The position numbers and the translations under genes are program-made. Under the pieces are notes generated by a model that was not told where the DNA came from, made no database searches, and saw only the letters and a list, made by a program, of their open reading frames with translations. From an uncultured Verrucomicrobiae bacterium (GTDB lineage: Bacteria; Chlamydiota; Chlamydiia; Chlamydiales; Rhabdochlamydiaceae), in contig CAWFUG010000011.1 of assembly GCA_963818965.1 (NCBI GenBank), forward strand, positions 160,001 through 224,000: DNA of 64,000 nucleotides. The letters run 5' to 3'. Positions within the stretch are counted from its first letter, which is position 1, and the number at the start of each line of letters is the position of its first letter. Shown here one piece after another: positions 49,914 to 60,035 of the stretch.

Positions 49914-51032
49914 ATGACACATCCTCTCTTTGTCAGCTGCGCCGAACATTTAGAATCTCTTCTGCTGACAGAACTGACGGCTCTTGAAATTCGAGAAATT
50001 AAGCCCGCACGCCGTGGTGTTTATATCCCGAATACTTTGGAGAATATCTTTAAGGTCAACTATTTGAGCCGTCTGAGTACGCGGGCATTACTCCCCCTCG
50101 CTCAATTTTTCTGTCCCGATCAAAATGCGCTCTATGCACAGGCGAAAAAAATCGATTGGACCCCCTTTTTCAAACCATCTACTACCTTAGCGATCGATGC
50201 GAATGTCTCCCACCCCAATATCCGTCATTCTCTGTATGCAGCTCAAGTTGTAAAAGATGCGATCTGCGATCAACTGAGAGAAAAGACGGGAGAGCGTCCT
50301 TCTGTCGATATCAAAAATCCCGATGTACAGCTCAATCTCTTCATCACACCAAAAGAAGCCATTTTGAGCTTTGACACCTCTGGAGCCCCTCTCTACCGGC
50401 GCGGATGGAAAGAGGTCAGCACAGAGGCGACTTTACCTGAGACATTGGCATCCGCTCTTTTGAGCTTATCCGGCTACTCTGCACGAGATCGTTTATGCGA
50501 TCCCTTCTGTGGTGCGGGAACACTGCTGATCGAGGCGGCGTGTCTTGCGACAAAAACCCCCGCAGGGTTTTTCCGCAAAAAATGGGGGTTCTTCAATCTC
50601 CCCCATTTTTGCCCCACTGAATGGGAAACATTTAAAAACTCCTGGGATCAAAAACGCGTTTCCATCGCTCCCCAATCGATCATCGGTGTCGACCGAGATC
50701 CCGAAGCAATTGCGCTCTGTAAAAAATACGTCAAAAAACTCGGATTCGAAGAGCAGATCGTATTGATCCACAGTCCCATCGCAAAGGTCTCCCTCCCCCA
50801 CTCCCCTACACTCGTCGTCACAGATCCTCCCTTTGGCAAGCGGATGGATACCTCAAAAGTGATCTACCAAGAGTTTGGCCAGTTCTTGCGCTCTCAATGC
50901 TCGGCGACCCCATTCGCCTTTCTGATCTGTCCCTCTTTTTCACTCGTCAAAGCGACCGGTTACCCGGTCCTCTCAGAGAAGCCCGTTCAACACGGCGGCT
51001 TAAGGCTGACGTTCTTTCAACTGACTCTTTAA
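49914..51032 (+). CDS. THUMP-domain RNA methyltransferase (RlmL-like)
   Basis: KDAICDQ, LYRRGW, ETLASAL, DPFCGAGTLLIEA, DPPFG. Confidence 0.85.
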   Translation: MTHPLFVSCAEHLESLLLTELTALEIREIKPARRGVYIPNTLENIFKVNYLSRLSTRALLPLAQFFCPDQNALYAQAKKIDWTPFFKPSTTLAIDANVSHPNIRHSLYAAQVVKDAICDQLREKTGERPSVDIKNPDVQLNLFITPKEAILSFDTSGAPLYRRGWKEVSTEATLPETLASALLSLSGYSARDRLCDPFCGAGTLLIEAACLATKTPAGFFRKKWGFFNLPHFCPTEWETFKNSWDQKRVSIAPQSIIGVDRDPEAIALCKKYVKKLGFEEQIVLIHSPIAKVSLPHSPTLVVTDPPFGKRMDTSKVIYQEFGQFLRSQCSATPFAFLICPSFSLVKATGYPVLSEKPVQHGGLRLTFFQLTL

Positions 51033-51114
51033 AAATTTTCCTTGTTCTCCCATTGCTCTTTTAGCTCACTTTCCCTATCCTCCCTTGATTAAAAAAATTT
51101 TTCAGGAGGTGGGT

Positions 51115-53875
51115 ATGACAATTCGTGAACTAACGAGCAAAGAACGTTTGCTGCAAGAACCACGTGATTCAGAGGACCCCAAGGCAGTTGGAATGGTTCT
51201 AAATGACATTCCCTCTAAAATTCCATTCGGTCCTGAAATTTCATTGTATCAAGATCTCTATCGAAGAGTGGATTTCTATTTAGATCCTAGATCTTTGATC
51301 GCAGCTGTACGTGTCTGTACGGCATGGTCAGCGGCTTTTACCCCCTCTTTGCGTGCGGTCAGAAAAATAGACGCTAACCCCCTTAAATGGGTGTTGGGTC
51401 ATTTGATTCAGGTATTAGAGGACACAGAAAGAAAAGAGGTGTTGCAAAATGCAATTACAGCTTTCGAAAAAGGGCCGGCTACGATTTCTGAAACCAAGGA
51501 GCTCTTATTTAAAATAACGGAGCTCATAGGTAGTCTTCCAAAAGAGCTCGTGTATACGACGAGTTATCTCATGAAAAATTCTCTTTTTGAGAGATTGCAT
51601 GATGAAGAAAAAAAAGAACTCACACACCTACAATCGTGGATTTCTTATGTTATAGGCAAGGATCCATATCTCCTTGCTTTACACACGGAAGGAAAGAGCG
51701 TTGCAGCTACATGCGGAGCCATCCAAAAAATACTGAGAAAAGACTTAGAACAGGCAGATTGGGGACTATTTAAGAATGTATGTTACCCTCTATTGAAGAG
51801 CGCTTGCTGCCCTGATGGATCGGAATATAATTGTTTTTTTTCGAATGCGCCTGGAGTAGCAAATTTATGGTATCAGTTATTTAATTTTCATATAAAAAAA
51901 CGAAAATCTAGAGAGGTTGTTTATGAAATACTATCAACAGCTCCTGAAGATCTTGTCGCAGTGGATGAAGAACAGATTGACTACATCCAATGGTATCAAG
52001 ATAGCTGCGCCTTTTTCGGCTTATGGAAAGAGGGATGGTCGAGTGTTGCGCATTTTTGCAGACAGCCCTCCTATAGAAAGTCGGTTTATAGCCGTGCGTT
52101 TTTGAAAATCTGGTTCCAATCGTTTAAGGAAAATAACGGCGTCTCTGAAATGATCAAAAAGGGATGCTTTAAAGAGATTTGGTGGTTGGCTGAGCAGCAA
52201 GCCATCCCCTTTCCTGAGCACAAGTACGCGCTGATCCATAAAATGGGGACCACCTATATCGATCTTCACGAATCTTCCTACGTGCAAGAGATCATCGATC
52301 GGCTGGCTGAAGAGAATGGAGTATTAGCCAAGCAGACGGAAAAACAGCTGAACAAGGAATTGGGAAAAAATTATGTGCAGGATGGCAAATACGAGGAGGC
52401 TTGTGAATGCTTTGAGCGCGCCCAACTGAGCAAGCGAAAACAGTTCAATATTTTTAAAACTCAAGCGCAAATCGCTATCAAGCAAGGCATAGCACCCGCT
52501 ATGGCCTATCGGCTCATCCAAATCAGTCTACAGATTCTCAAGGAAGCCGGAGATGACACCTCCTTCTTTCGGCAAGTGCTCGACCATCGCATCGTCTCTC
52601 TTTTGTGCAAAGTGGGGCAAAAGAAAGAAGCGAAGGCGCTATTAGATCAGGCGGTTCAAGTCTTTCGACAGTTATACCCCGAGGATAAAGATTTTTTTCT
52701 ACGCACTGATCAAAAAAAATGTGTTTCTGTTTCTTTATAAAACGGGAGATTTAGATGCGGTGCTCGACTTATACAAACAGATGCCTAAAGGTTTTGTGCC
52801 CGACCAAAAAGGCGCAGAGAAAGCGAATGAACAGCTAGAGAAAATCATAAAAAAATCGACAAGACGGCTGATGACGACTGTGAAAACAGAACAGTCCTCT
52901 GTCGACTGCATGTACCTTGCAGGAGAAGTCCTCTTTGGAATGAGTATGCTTTGGGGAGACCAAACGCAAAGGGATGCTTTAGCTTGGATACAGCATAAAT
53001 TGAAAAGAGAATCTCCTCATGTCCATCCTTCTCATGAAGCCTTTTTGCGGGGGATCAAACAACTCACCAAAGAGTTGAGAAAAGCCTCTAGCAATCAGGG
53101 CCGCTGCATCTCTATGCAGGAAGTGGGGCCTTTACTCCAAAAAGCAGTCAAATGCTGCTCTCTAAAACAGCGTGGGCTGATCCTTTTACAAGAGGGGAAT
53201 TGGGAAAAAGCGCTAGATTGCTTCACACAAGCCACCGTAAGCAAGAAGCACCAGGCAATTCTCTTTCTCAACGAAGCGAAAAAGTGCCGTTCGACGGAAT
53301 CGGTTTGTATAGCAAAAAAGCGTCAGCTTTTAGAGATAGCGCTCGAGCTTTTACGCACAGATCGCCCCGAGGATCCTTTCTTCTTTTTCGAGCAGTTATT
53401 CAAACACGTCACTATTTTCCCTTCCCTTTATAAGATAGGAGAAAAAGCAAGAGCAGAGGATCTATTAGAGAGAGCAATCGCAAGCTTGAGGCAACAGCAT
53501 TTAGAAACGAGCGCTTTTTTTAATGCGCTTTTGAAAAGACAAGTCTTTGCGACCCTTTGCAAAATAGGAAATAGCGAAAGGGCTCTCGATCTCTACCGCG
53601 AAACACCGGTATCCGCTGGTTTTCAGCCGAGCAAAGAGGTTGTAAAGGCACACAATGAAAAGTTAATGAAGATCATCCGAAAATGGATGAAGGATGCCGA
53701 TAGAAAAATACAAAGAAGGGAAGAGCTTTTTGTCGACGCTTTCTTTGAAAAGATCTTCGGAATGGTCGACATGCTGATCGGAAAGAAGGCGCGGAGCAAG
53801 ATGACCACAGAGATCTTGAAATCTCAACATCGATCGATCCAGCAGCGCCTTGAGTTCTTCTTAAATAAACCGTGA
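51115..53875 (+). CDS. candidate effector: F-box-like + TPR-like helical repeats; one gene split by a +1 frameshift at T7 52692-52698
   Basis: YLDPRSLIAAVRVCTAW F-box-like motif; dropping one T gives FFYALIKKNVFLFLYKTGD..LDLY, which matches the internal repeat FFNALLKRQVFATLCKIGN..LDLY; AGGAGG RBS before ATG 51115. Confidence 0.6.
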
Positions 53876-54922
53876 GTTTAGGCGTTCTTCGTTGTACTTT
53901 GTAAAGAGCGCTCTTGCTTTTTGAACGGTGCTGGCATTGACTAATTCTGTAACTCGCTCCACGTTCCATTTGTATAGGAGGACCATCTTGCCTCCGCCTT
54001 CTGCTTGAAACTCTTCAAAGGAAAGGATTTTGTCTTCAAAGGGTTTGGCATCAGCAACTACCTGGCTCAGTTTTTGAGCCGTTGGAACGGTGTACTGGTG
54101 TAAGGGGAAAATGGGTTTGACGTTGCATTCTTCGAATAAGTCAGCCTCTATCTCTGCGTGGGTCAGTCCAGCAGCAGGCAGTCCTAAAGCGGCAAATCTT
54201 TTTGATTCCGTCGTAACATTGGTGCAGATGGCGTTGTAACCTGTGCATAGTCCCATCGGGTTTTTAGATGAATAACTACTCGCATTGTAGATATAGACCT
54301 GATCGCCTAGGCCGATTTCAGAGGGGTCTGGATTTTCTTTTGCGATCCGGCATCTCAAAAGGTTCAGTGGATTAACGCAAAAGTAAGTGTCGATGATTAA
54401 GCGCGTTTTTGATGCGGCAGCAAAGAGGCTATCGGTTTTAGGCCCCAAGACAGATAGCAGTGCTGCGTACTGGGCGATTTGACAGACCTCTCCACAACCC
54501 ACTGCACTTATGCCCTCTTTCGCAGCTGTAATCGCTGCGCTTGGCGCAACCCCTGCCTTTAAGAGAAAGGATTGTTTCACGTAGTTAGAATAAGAACCTG
54601 CTTCTCGACATTTCTCTGCGGGAAGCATTTCGAAATGTTTGTGAGAGAGATAAGAATGGTAAAAATAGTCTCTATCTTTGAACCACTTTAGACGTGCTGG
54701 AGCAGAGGGATCGCTCGATTGACTTAATAAATCGTAATAGTCACGAGGATAGAATACCCCTTTTGCTAAAGATTGTTGTGCTGTTCTGCGCACATTCTCG
54801 CTCACGATCTCTGTCATTGCCTGCACGGTGGCGCTGTTCAGACGCGCTGCGATCTCTGCGGTTGAAAAGAGGCCTGTTGGGGAACTGGTTGCAGAATCTA
54901 ATTCCAAAGACATAATAAACAC
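53861..54922 (-). CDS. hypothetical protein, Tgl (protein-glutamine gamma-glutamyltransferase)-like fold, candidate effector
   Basis: FLLKAGVAPSAAI..C..YAALLSVLG..F..GDQVYIYN..GYN..FAALGL pattern; Ser/Thr-rich N-terminus. Confidence 0.5.
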   Translation of the reverse strand: MFIMSLELDSATSSPTGLFSTAEIAARLNSATVQAMTEIVSENVRRTAQQSLAKGVFYPRDYYDLLSQSSDPSAPARLKWFKDRDYFYHSYLSHKHFEMLPAEKCREAGSYSNYVKQSFLLKAGVAPSAAITAAKEGISAVGCGEVCQIAQYAALLSVLGPKTDSLFAAASKTRLIIDTYFCVNPLNLLRCRIAKENPDPSEIGLGDQVYIYNASSYSSKNPMGLCTGYNAICTNVTTESKRFAALGLPAAGLTHAEIEADLFEECNVKPIFPLHQYTVPTAQKLSQVVADAKPFEDKILSFEEFQAEGGGKMVLLYKWNVERVTELVNASTVQKARALFTKYNEERLNSRFI

Positions 54923-55148
54923 CCGCTTTAAATTAAAGTTTCATTTAATTTTAACATTAAACGCCGTTATTTACAATAAAAATTAAATGAAAATTAGCAC
55001 AGAAACAAGATCTGGGGCGAAAACCAGTTGCTATGAAAATTTAAGTAATATAAGCTAAATTAAATTTTCACTACTCGTTCGCGCTCTGGCTCAATCTGCT
55101 CAAGCGACCGACCCCCCCAAAAAAACCACATTTAAGGAGGACAAAAAA

Positions 55149-56636
55149 ATGCATCGTATCCATTCAGAAAGTCAGTGCTTCGCTTCAGATAATATCATGT
55201 ATCAGTTTTGTCACTTTTCGGCGCTACGCGAGCAAAAAGCACTCGCTTGCATTAACCAAAGATGCCAAGAGATCGTCATAAAATGGAGAGAAGACGAAGA
55301 GGCTATCCGGAGGGAAAAAGGGGTGATTTGCCTTCTGCCTTATGCCCTTCCCGCTTCTTGGGAAACGCTCTCTTGCGTATCGAGATCCTGCCATACACAC
55401 GTCCTAGGGATGCTCTGGGAAAAAAAGAAGCCGACCATCCTCCCCCTTTTTTCTACAGTGGAGCGCCTCGCCTACTTCATCAATAGCAAACGTTGCCCAG
55501 AACAAAAGAGGGAAATGGAAGAGTTATTGCAAAATTTAAAAGAACTAGGGGCGAGATCGATTCACCAAATTCTCTCCTATGAAATAGAAAACAAGGAGAA
55601 AATTGTAAAAATTCTCTTAACGATAGAAGATTCAGAAATGAAAATTCTAAAAAGTAAATTTCTTAGGGAAGCACCGTTGCGAGATTCTCCTCGAAACCCG
55701 ACAATTGCGCTCAGAAAAACCATGACACCCTTGTTCAATGACATCCTGACCATGCGGCAATTATTTCAAGAGAGAGGCTCTTATATAGCGGGAATAGAGA
55801 AGGTGGAGCACTTTTTTAAAATGGGTCACCTAAAACCTGCTACCGCACTGGCCCATTGGATCGATCCAAAAAAAGCGGAAGATCTCCTCTCCCTTCATAT
55901 TTTGAACTCTTTGGAAGAGCGGATCGAAAGTCACGGTCTAAGATCTCTCATCGAGATCTGTCGGCAAATAGAGACAGCGGCGCTTAAAAATGACTTACTT
56001 TACCGGTTGTTCGATAAATGTATCGAAAGTGGGTATCTGGGAGTAATCCGCTCTCATGTTCACCTCTTAGAAATCGATGCCTACAAAAAAGCAATTTCCT
56101 CTTGTCTTGCTGCTGCCTACCTGGAAGAAGATGAGATCAGAGAGGCAGTAGAGACGCTCCATCGCTTCGGCTACCCTCTCATCCGTATGTTTAATCCCGA
56201 TTCGCCGCATATCGAAAAAACCCATCACCCTTCCGATTCTGCATCTCCTTATATTCTCTGCGATCTCGTAAAAAGGGTAGAGGAAAGAGAGGAGAGAGCA
56301 AGCGTCTTTTCTTTGATTCTGGAGTACCATAAAGAGAATCAAGGTCTTTTGACGCATAAGCTGGTGAACCTCTTGTCTAAATGGAAGCTCAAATCTAGTG
56401 AACTGGAAATCGTTAAAACCATCGCTTTATCGATTCCTGAAAAGACGATCTTAGCAAAGACGCTCCTCCTTGTTTCAAAAATTTATTACAAAAAACAACG
56501 ATACAAAGAAGCAGATGCACTCATCCAAAGTGCTTTAAGCACAGCTCAAGAGGCAAGCACTCTCGAACATTCCCATCGCATTCTCATTCAGCATCTGCGA
56601 GCTGCTGAGAAAGAGATTCAAAAGAAACTCTCTTGA
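55149..56636 (+). CDS. candidate effector with F-box-like N-terminal motifs and a helical C-terminus
   Basis: KALACINQRCQEI and ETLSCVSRSCHT; AAGGAGG RBS; directly upstream of sctU. Confidence 0.5.
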   Translation: MHRIHSESQCFASDNIMYQFCHFSALREQKALACINQRCQEIVIKWREDEEAIRREKGVICLLPYALPASWETLSCVSRSCHTHVLGMLWEKKKPTILPLFSTVERLAYFINSKRCPEQKREMEELLQNLKELGARSIHQILSYEIENKEKIVKILLTIEDSEMKILKSKFLREAPLRDSPRNPTIALRKTMTPLFNDILTMRQLFQERGSYIAGIEKVEHFFKMGHLKPATALAHWIDPKKAEDLLSLHILNSLEERIESHGLRSLIEICRQIETAALKNDLLYRLFDKCIESGYLGVIRSHVHLLEIDAYKKAISSCLAAAYLEEDEIREAVETLHRFGYPLIRMFNPDSPHIEKTHHPSDSASPYILCDLVKRVEEREERASVFSLILEYHKENQGLLTHKLVNLLSKWKLKSSELEIVKTIALSIPEKTILAKTLLLVSKIYYKKQRYKEADALIQSALSTAQEASTLEHSHRILIQHLRAAEKEIQKKLS

Positions 56637-56697
56637 TCTTAAGGAACCCCTCCTATAACCTAGGGGGGGCGTGTTCTTCGCATAGCATTAAGGATCC

Positions 56698-57771
56698 ATG
56701 GCAGAAAAAACAGAAAAGGCGACCCCAAAGAAATTGCGCGATGCGCGCAAAAAAGGACAAGTCGCCAAATCACAAGACTTCCCCTCAGCGTTTACCTTTG
56801 TGGTATCGGTCGCGACGACCCTTATCCTGGCGGGTTATCTATATCAGGTGTTAGCGAGTTACATCATTGCGACGTTTCGCCTCTCCGGCTCCCACAATGA
56901 CTTGCAGAATCAAGTGACTGGGGTTCTCGTGCAGGCGGTACAAATCATTTTTAATACGAGCATGCCCATCCTGGTCATCACCTCTTGTGTCGGGGTGCTG
57001 ACGAACTTTTTGATCATCGGCCCCCTGTTTTCTCTCGAATCGATGAAGCCAGATCTGAAGCGATTGAATCCAGTGACGAACATTAAAAATCTCTTTAAGT
57101 TTAAAACCCTCTTCGAGCTCTTAAAATCCCTCTTTAAGATCACCGGGGCTGTGATCTTGATCTACTCCGTCGTTTGGACCAGCATCCCTGAGATCGTCTC
57201 CTCAGCGGCGCTCCCCATGGTAGGCTGCCTCATGATCTTCTCCGACTTTTTATTAAAAGTGATCATTCGAGTGGGTATTTTCTTTTTAGCGATCGCGATT
57301 TTCGATCTCATCTTTCAAAAGCGCAATTTCGCAAAAGAGATGAAGATGGAAAAATTTGAGGTCAAACAGGAATTTAAGGATACGGAGGGGGATCCTCACA
57401 TTAAGGGAAAACGGCGCCAGGCCGCCCAGGAAATCGCCTATCAAGAAGGGCCGTCCTCCGTTAAAAGAGCCAAGGCGATCATCACGAATCCCATCCACAT
57501 CGCCATCGCCGTCGAGTATGAATCGGAAACAGAACCAGCGCCCAGGATCGTCACTATGGGGCAAGGGATCATGGCCGATCTTATTATAAAAACGGCTTTA
57601 GAATATGGAATTCCGATTATGAGAAATGTGACTTTAGCACAAACCCTTTTTCAAAAAGGGAAAATCAGCGAATATATCCCTGAGGAGACCTATCAAGCCG
57701 TCGCGGAGATTCTGCGCTGGCTGGAAGGAATCGAAACGTTTGAGACCGCTGGGGCGGAATTATTTAAATGA
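56698..57771 (+). CDS. sctU: T3SS export apparatus switch protein
   Basis: MAEKTEKATPKKLRDARKKGQV, EGDPHIK, NPIH cleavage motif. Confidence 0.96.
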   Translation: MAEKTEKATPKKLRDARKKGQVAKSQDFPSAFTFVVSVATTLILAGYLYQVLASYIIATFRLSGSHNDLQNQVTGVLVQAVQIIFNTSMPILVITSCVGVLTNFLIIGPLFSLESMKPDLKRLNPVTNIKNLFKFKTLFELLKSLFKITGAVILIYSVVWTSIPEIVSSAALPMVGCLMIFSDFLLKVIIRVGIFFLAIAIFDLIFQKRNFAKEMKMEKFEVKQEFKDTEGDPHIKGKRRQAAQEIAYQEGPSSVKRAKAIITNPIHIAIAVEYESETEPAPRIVTMGQGIMADLIIKTALEYGIPIMRNVTLAQTLFQKGKISEYIPEETYQAVAEILRWLEGIETFETAGAELFK

Positions 57772-59900
57772 AAAATTACATAGTAAGAACAGTGCGCTTT
57801 CTCGGTGGACCCAAAACGCTCTCTTTTATCACCTCTTCAAGCGATGTCGTCTTAGCTTTATTCATCATCGTCTTGATCATGATGATCATCATTCCCGTTT
57901 CACCGACGATTTTGGACAACCTCATCGCGATCAATATGACCATCTCGATCGGACTCTTAATGGTCTCTCTCTACATTCCGAAGGCAGTCCACCTATCGAT
58001 GTTTCCTTCTCTGCTTTTGATCACGACGCTCTTTCGCCTCGGGATAGAAATTTCTGCGACGCGGCAAATCCTGCTCCACGCTTACGCAGGGCATATCATC
58101 CAGGCCTTCGGAGGTTATGTCGTCGGGGGTAACTTCGTCGTCGGAGGGATCATCTTCTTAATCATCACGATTGTCCAGTTCATCGTAGTCACAAAGGGTG
58201 CGGAGCGGGTCGCTGAAGTCGCCGCGCGCTTTACATTGGATGCGATGCCTGGAAAACAGATGAGTATCGATGCCGATATGCGCAGTGGGGTCATCGATGC
58301 CACTCAGGCGCGCGACTTACGCCTTGCCCTGACAAAAGAGAGCCAACTCTATGGAGCCATGGACGGTGCGATGAAATTCGTCAAGGGAGACGTCATCGCG
58401 GGGATCATCATCGCCGTCATCAACATCATCGGGGGTTTGATCATCGGGGTGGCCATGCACAATATGACCGCCCTCCAAGCAGCTAAGACTTATACCATTC
58501 TTTCAATCGGGGGTGGTCTGATTGCCCAGATCCCTTCTCTTTTGGTCTCTTTGACAGCGGGTATCGTGACGACGCGTGTCTCCTCTGAAAAGAAGGATTC
58601 CCACCTCGGATCGGAAATTTCAGAGCAGTTGCTCGGTCAGCCAAAAGCGATCATGATGGCCGCCGGCGTCGTCTTCTTGATGGCGTGGATCAAGGGCTTT
58701 CCAACGATCATCTTCCTCTGCATTTCCTTTGTCCTGATGCTCGTCGGTTTTACCGTTTGGTACAATGGGAAAAAAGCGACGGCAAAGACACAAGCAGGGC
58801 TGACATCGGGTCGGATGGAGACAGATGTGGCTGGCCATTCGGTGATCCGCGGCGGCGTCGATGAATATGCACTAACCCTTCCCGTCATCCTCGAAGTCGG
58901 TAAAACCCTCTCCCTAGCGGTCCGGAAGGAAAAACAGGGAGCGACGTTCATCGATGATATGATCCCTAAGATGCGCCATGCCCTTTACCAAGATCTCGGC
59001 GTCCGGTTCCCCGGCGTCCACGTCCGGACCGAGTCCCCTATTCTCGAAGCAGATGAGTACTCGATCTACCTCAATGAGGTGCCCATCGTCCGCGGCAAAG
59101 TCGTCGAAAATGCGATCTTGACGACAGAATCTCCTGAGACGCTGCGGCGCTACAATGTCCCCTTCACGACGACGAAGAACAACATTGGCCAGCCTTCGAT
59201 GTGGGTCGATGCCAAGTACCAAGAGATCTTGCAAAAGGCGGGAATCAAGTTTTGGAAGCCTTTAGATGTGATGATCCTCCACCTCTCTTATTTCTACCGC
59301 CAACACGCAGCTGATTTCATCGGGATTCAAGAGATCCGAGGCATTCTGGAATTCATCGAAAAGTCGTTCCCCGATCTCGTCAAAGAGGTCACACGTCTCG
59401 TCCCCTTGCAAAAGCTCACAGAGATCTTTAAGCGCCTGGTCCAGGAGCAGATTTCGATCAAAGACTTGCGCACGATCTTAGAATCGTTAAGCGAATATGC
59501 ACAGACAGAAAAAGATACGGTTCTTTTAACAGAGTACGTCCGCTCTTCTTTAAAACGCTACATCAGTTACAAATACTCCCAAGGCCAGTCGATCCTCTCC
59601 GTCTACCTGCTCGATCCAGAGATCGAAGATATGGTCAGAGGAGCGATCAAACAGACCTCGATGGGATCGTATCTCGCTTTGGATCCCGATGCCGTTCAGA
59701 TGATTTTGCACGCGATGCGCCAGACGATTGTTCAGACACCCGTCGGCGGACAACCCCCTGTTCTGCTCACAGCGATCGACGTCCGCCGTTTTGTGCGCAA
59801 GTTGATCGAAGGGGAATACCCCGATATGGCCGTTTTATCCTATCAGGAGATCGTCCCCGAAATCCGCATCCAACCTTTAGGACGCGTCCAACTCTCTTAA
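57768..59900 (+). CDS. sctV: T3SS export gate protein (CdsV/LcrD)
   Basis: KGAERVAEVAARFTLDAMPGKQMSIDAD, GAMDGAMKFVKGD. Confidence 0.97.
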   Translation: MKNYIVRTVRFLGGPKTLSFITSSSDVVLALFIIVLIMMIIIPVSPTILDNLIAINMTISIGLLMVSLYIPKAVHLSMFPSLLLITTLFRLGIEISATRQILLHAYAGHIIQAFGGYVVGGNFVVGGIIFLIITIVQFIVVTKGAERVAEVAARFTLDAMPGKQMSIDADMRSGVIDATQARDLRLALTKESQLYGAMDGAMKFVKGDVIAGIIIAVINIIGGLIIGVAMHNMTALQAAKTYTILSIGGGLIAQIPSLLVSLTAGIVTTRVSSEKKDSHLGSEISEQLLGQPKAIMMAAGVVFLMAWIKGFPTIIFLCISFVLMLVGFTVWYNGKKATAKTQAGLTSGRMETDVAGHSVIRGGVDEYALTLPVILEVGKTLSLAVRKEKQGATFIDDMIPKMRHALYQDLGVRFPGVHVRTESPILEADEYSIYLNEVPIVRGKVVENAILTTESPETLRRYNVPFTTTKNNIGQPSMWVDAKYQEILQKAGIKFWKPLDVMILHLSYFYRQHAADFIGIQEIRGILEFIEKSFPDLVKEVTRLVPLQKLTEIFKRLVQEQISIKDLRTILESLSEYAQTEKDTVLLTEYVRSSLKRYISYKYSQGQSILSVYLLDPEIEDMVRGAIKQTSMGSYLALDPDAVQMILHAMRQTIVQTPVGGQPPVLLTAIDVRRFVRKLIEGEYPDMAVLSYQEIVPEIRIQPLGRVQLS

Positions 59901-59927
59901 GGATCTTGTTGTATAAATGGTTGAGTT

Positions 59928-60005
59928 TCACCACAGAGATGAAAAACCACAGAGAGGAAATTTTTATATATGAATTTTTTCTCTGTGGTTTTCCATCTCT
60001 GTGGT
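59928..60005. repeat. REP-like palindrome family C between sctV and copN
   Basis: ACCACAGAGATGAAAAACCACAGAGAGGAAATT..AATTTTTTCTCTGTGGTTTTCCATCTCTGTGGT. Confidence 0.8.
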
Positions 60006-60035
60006 AAGACTACTTGATAAAGGGGTGGTGATCTG

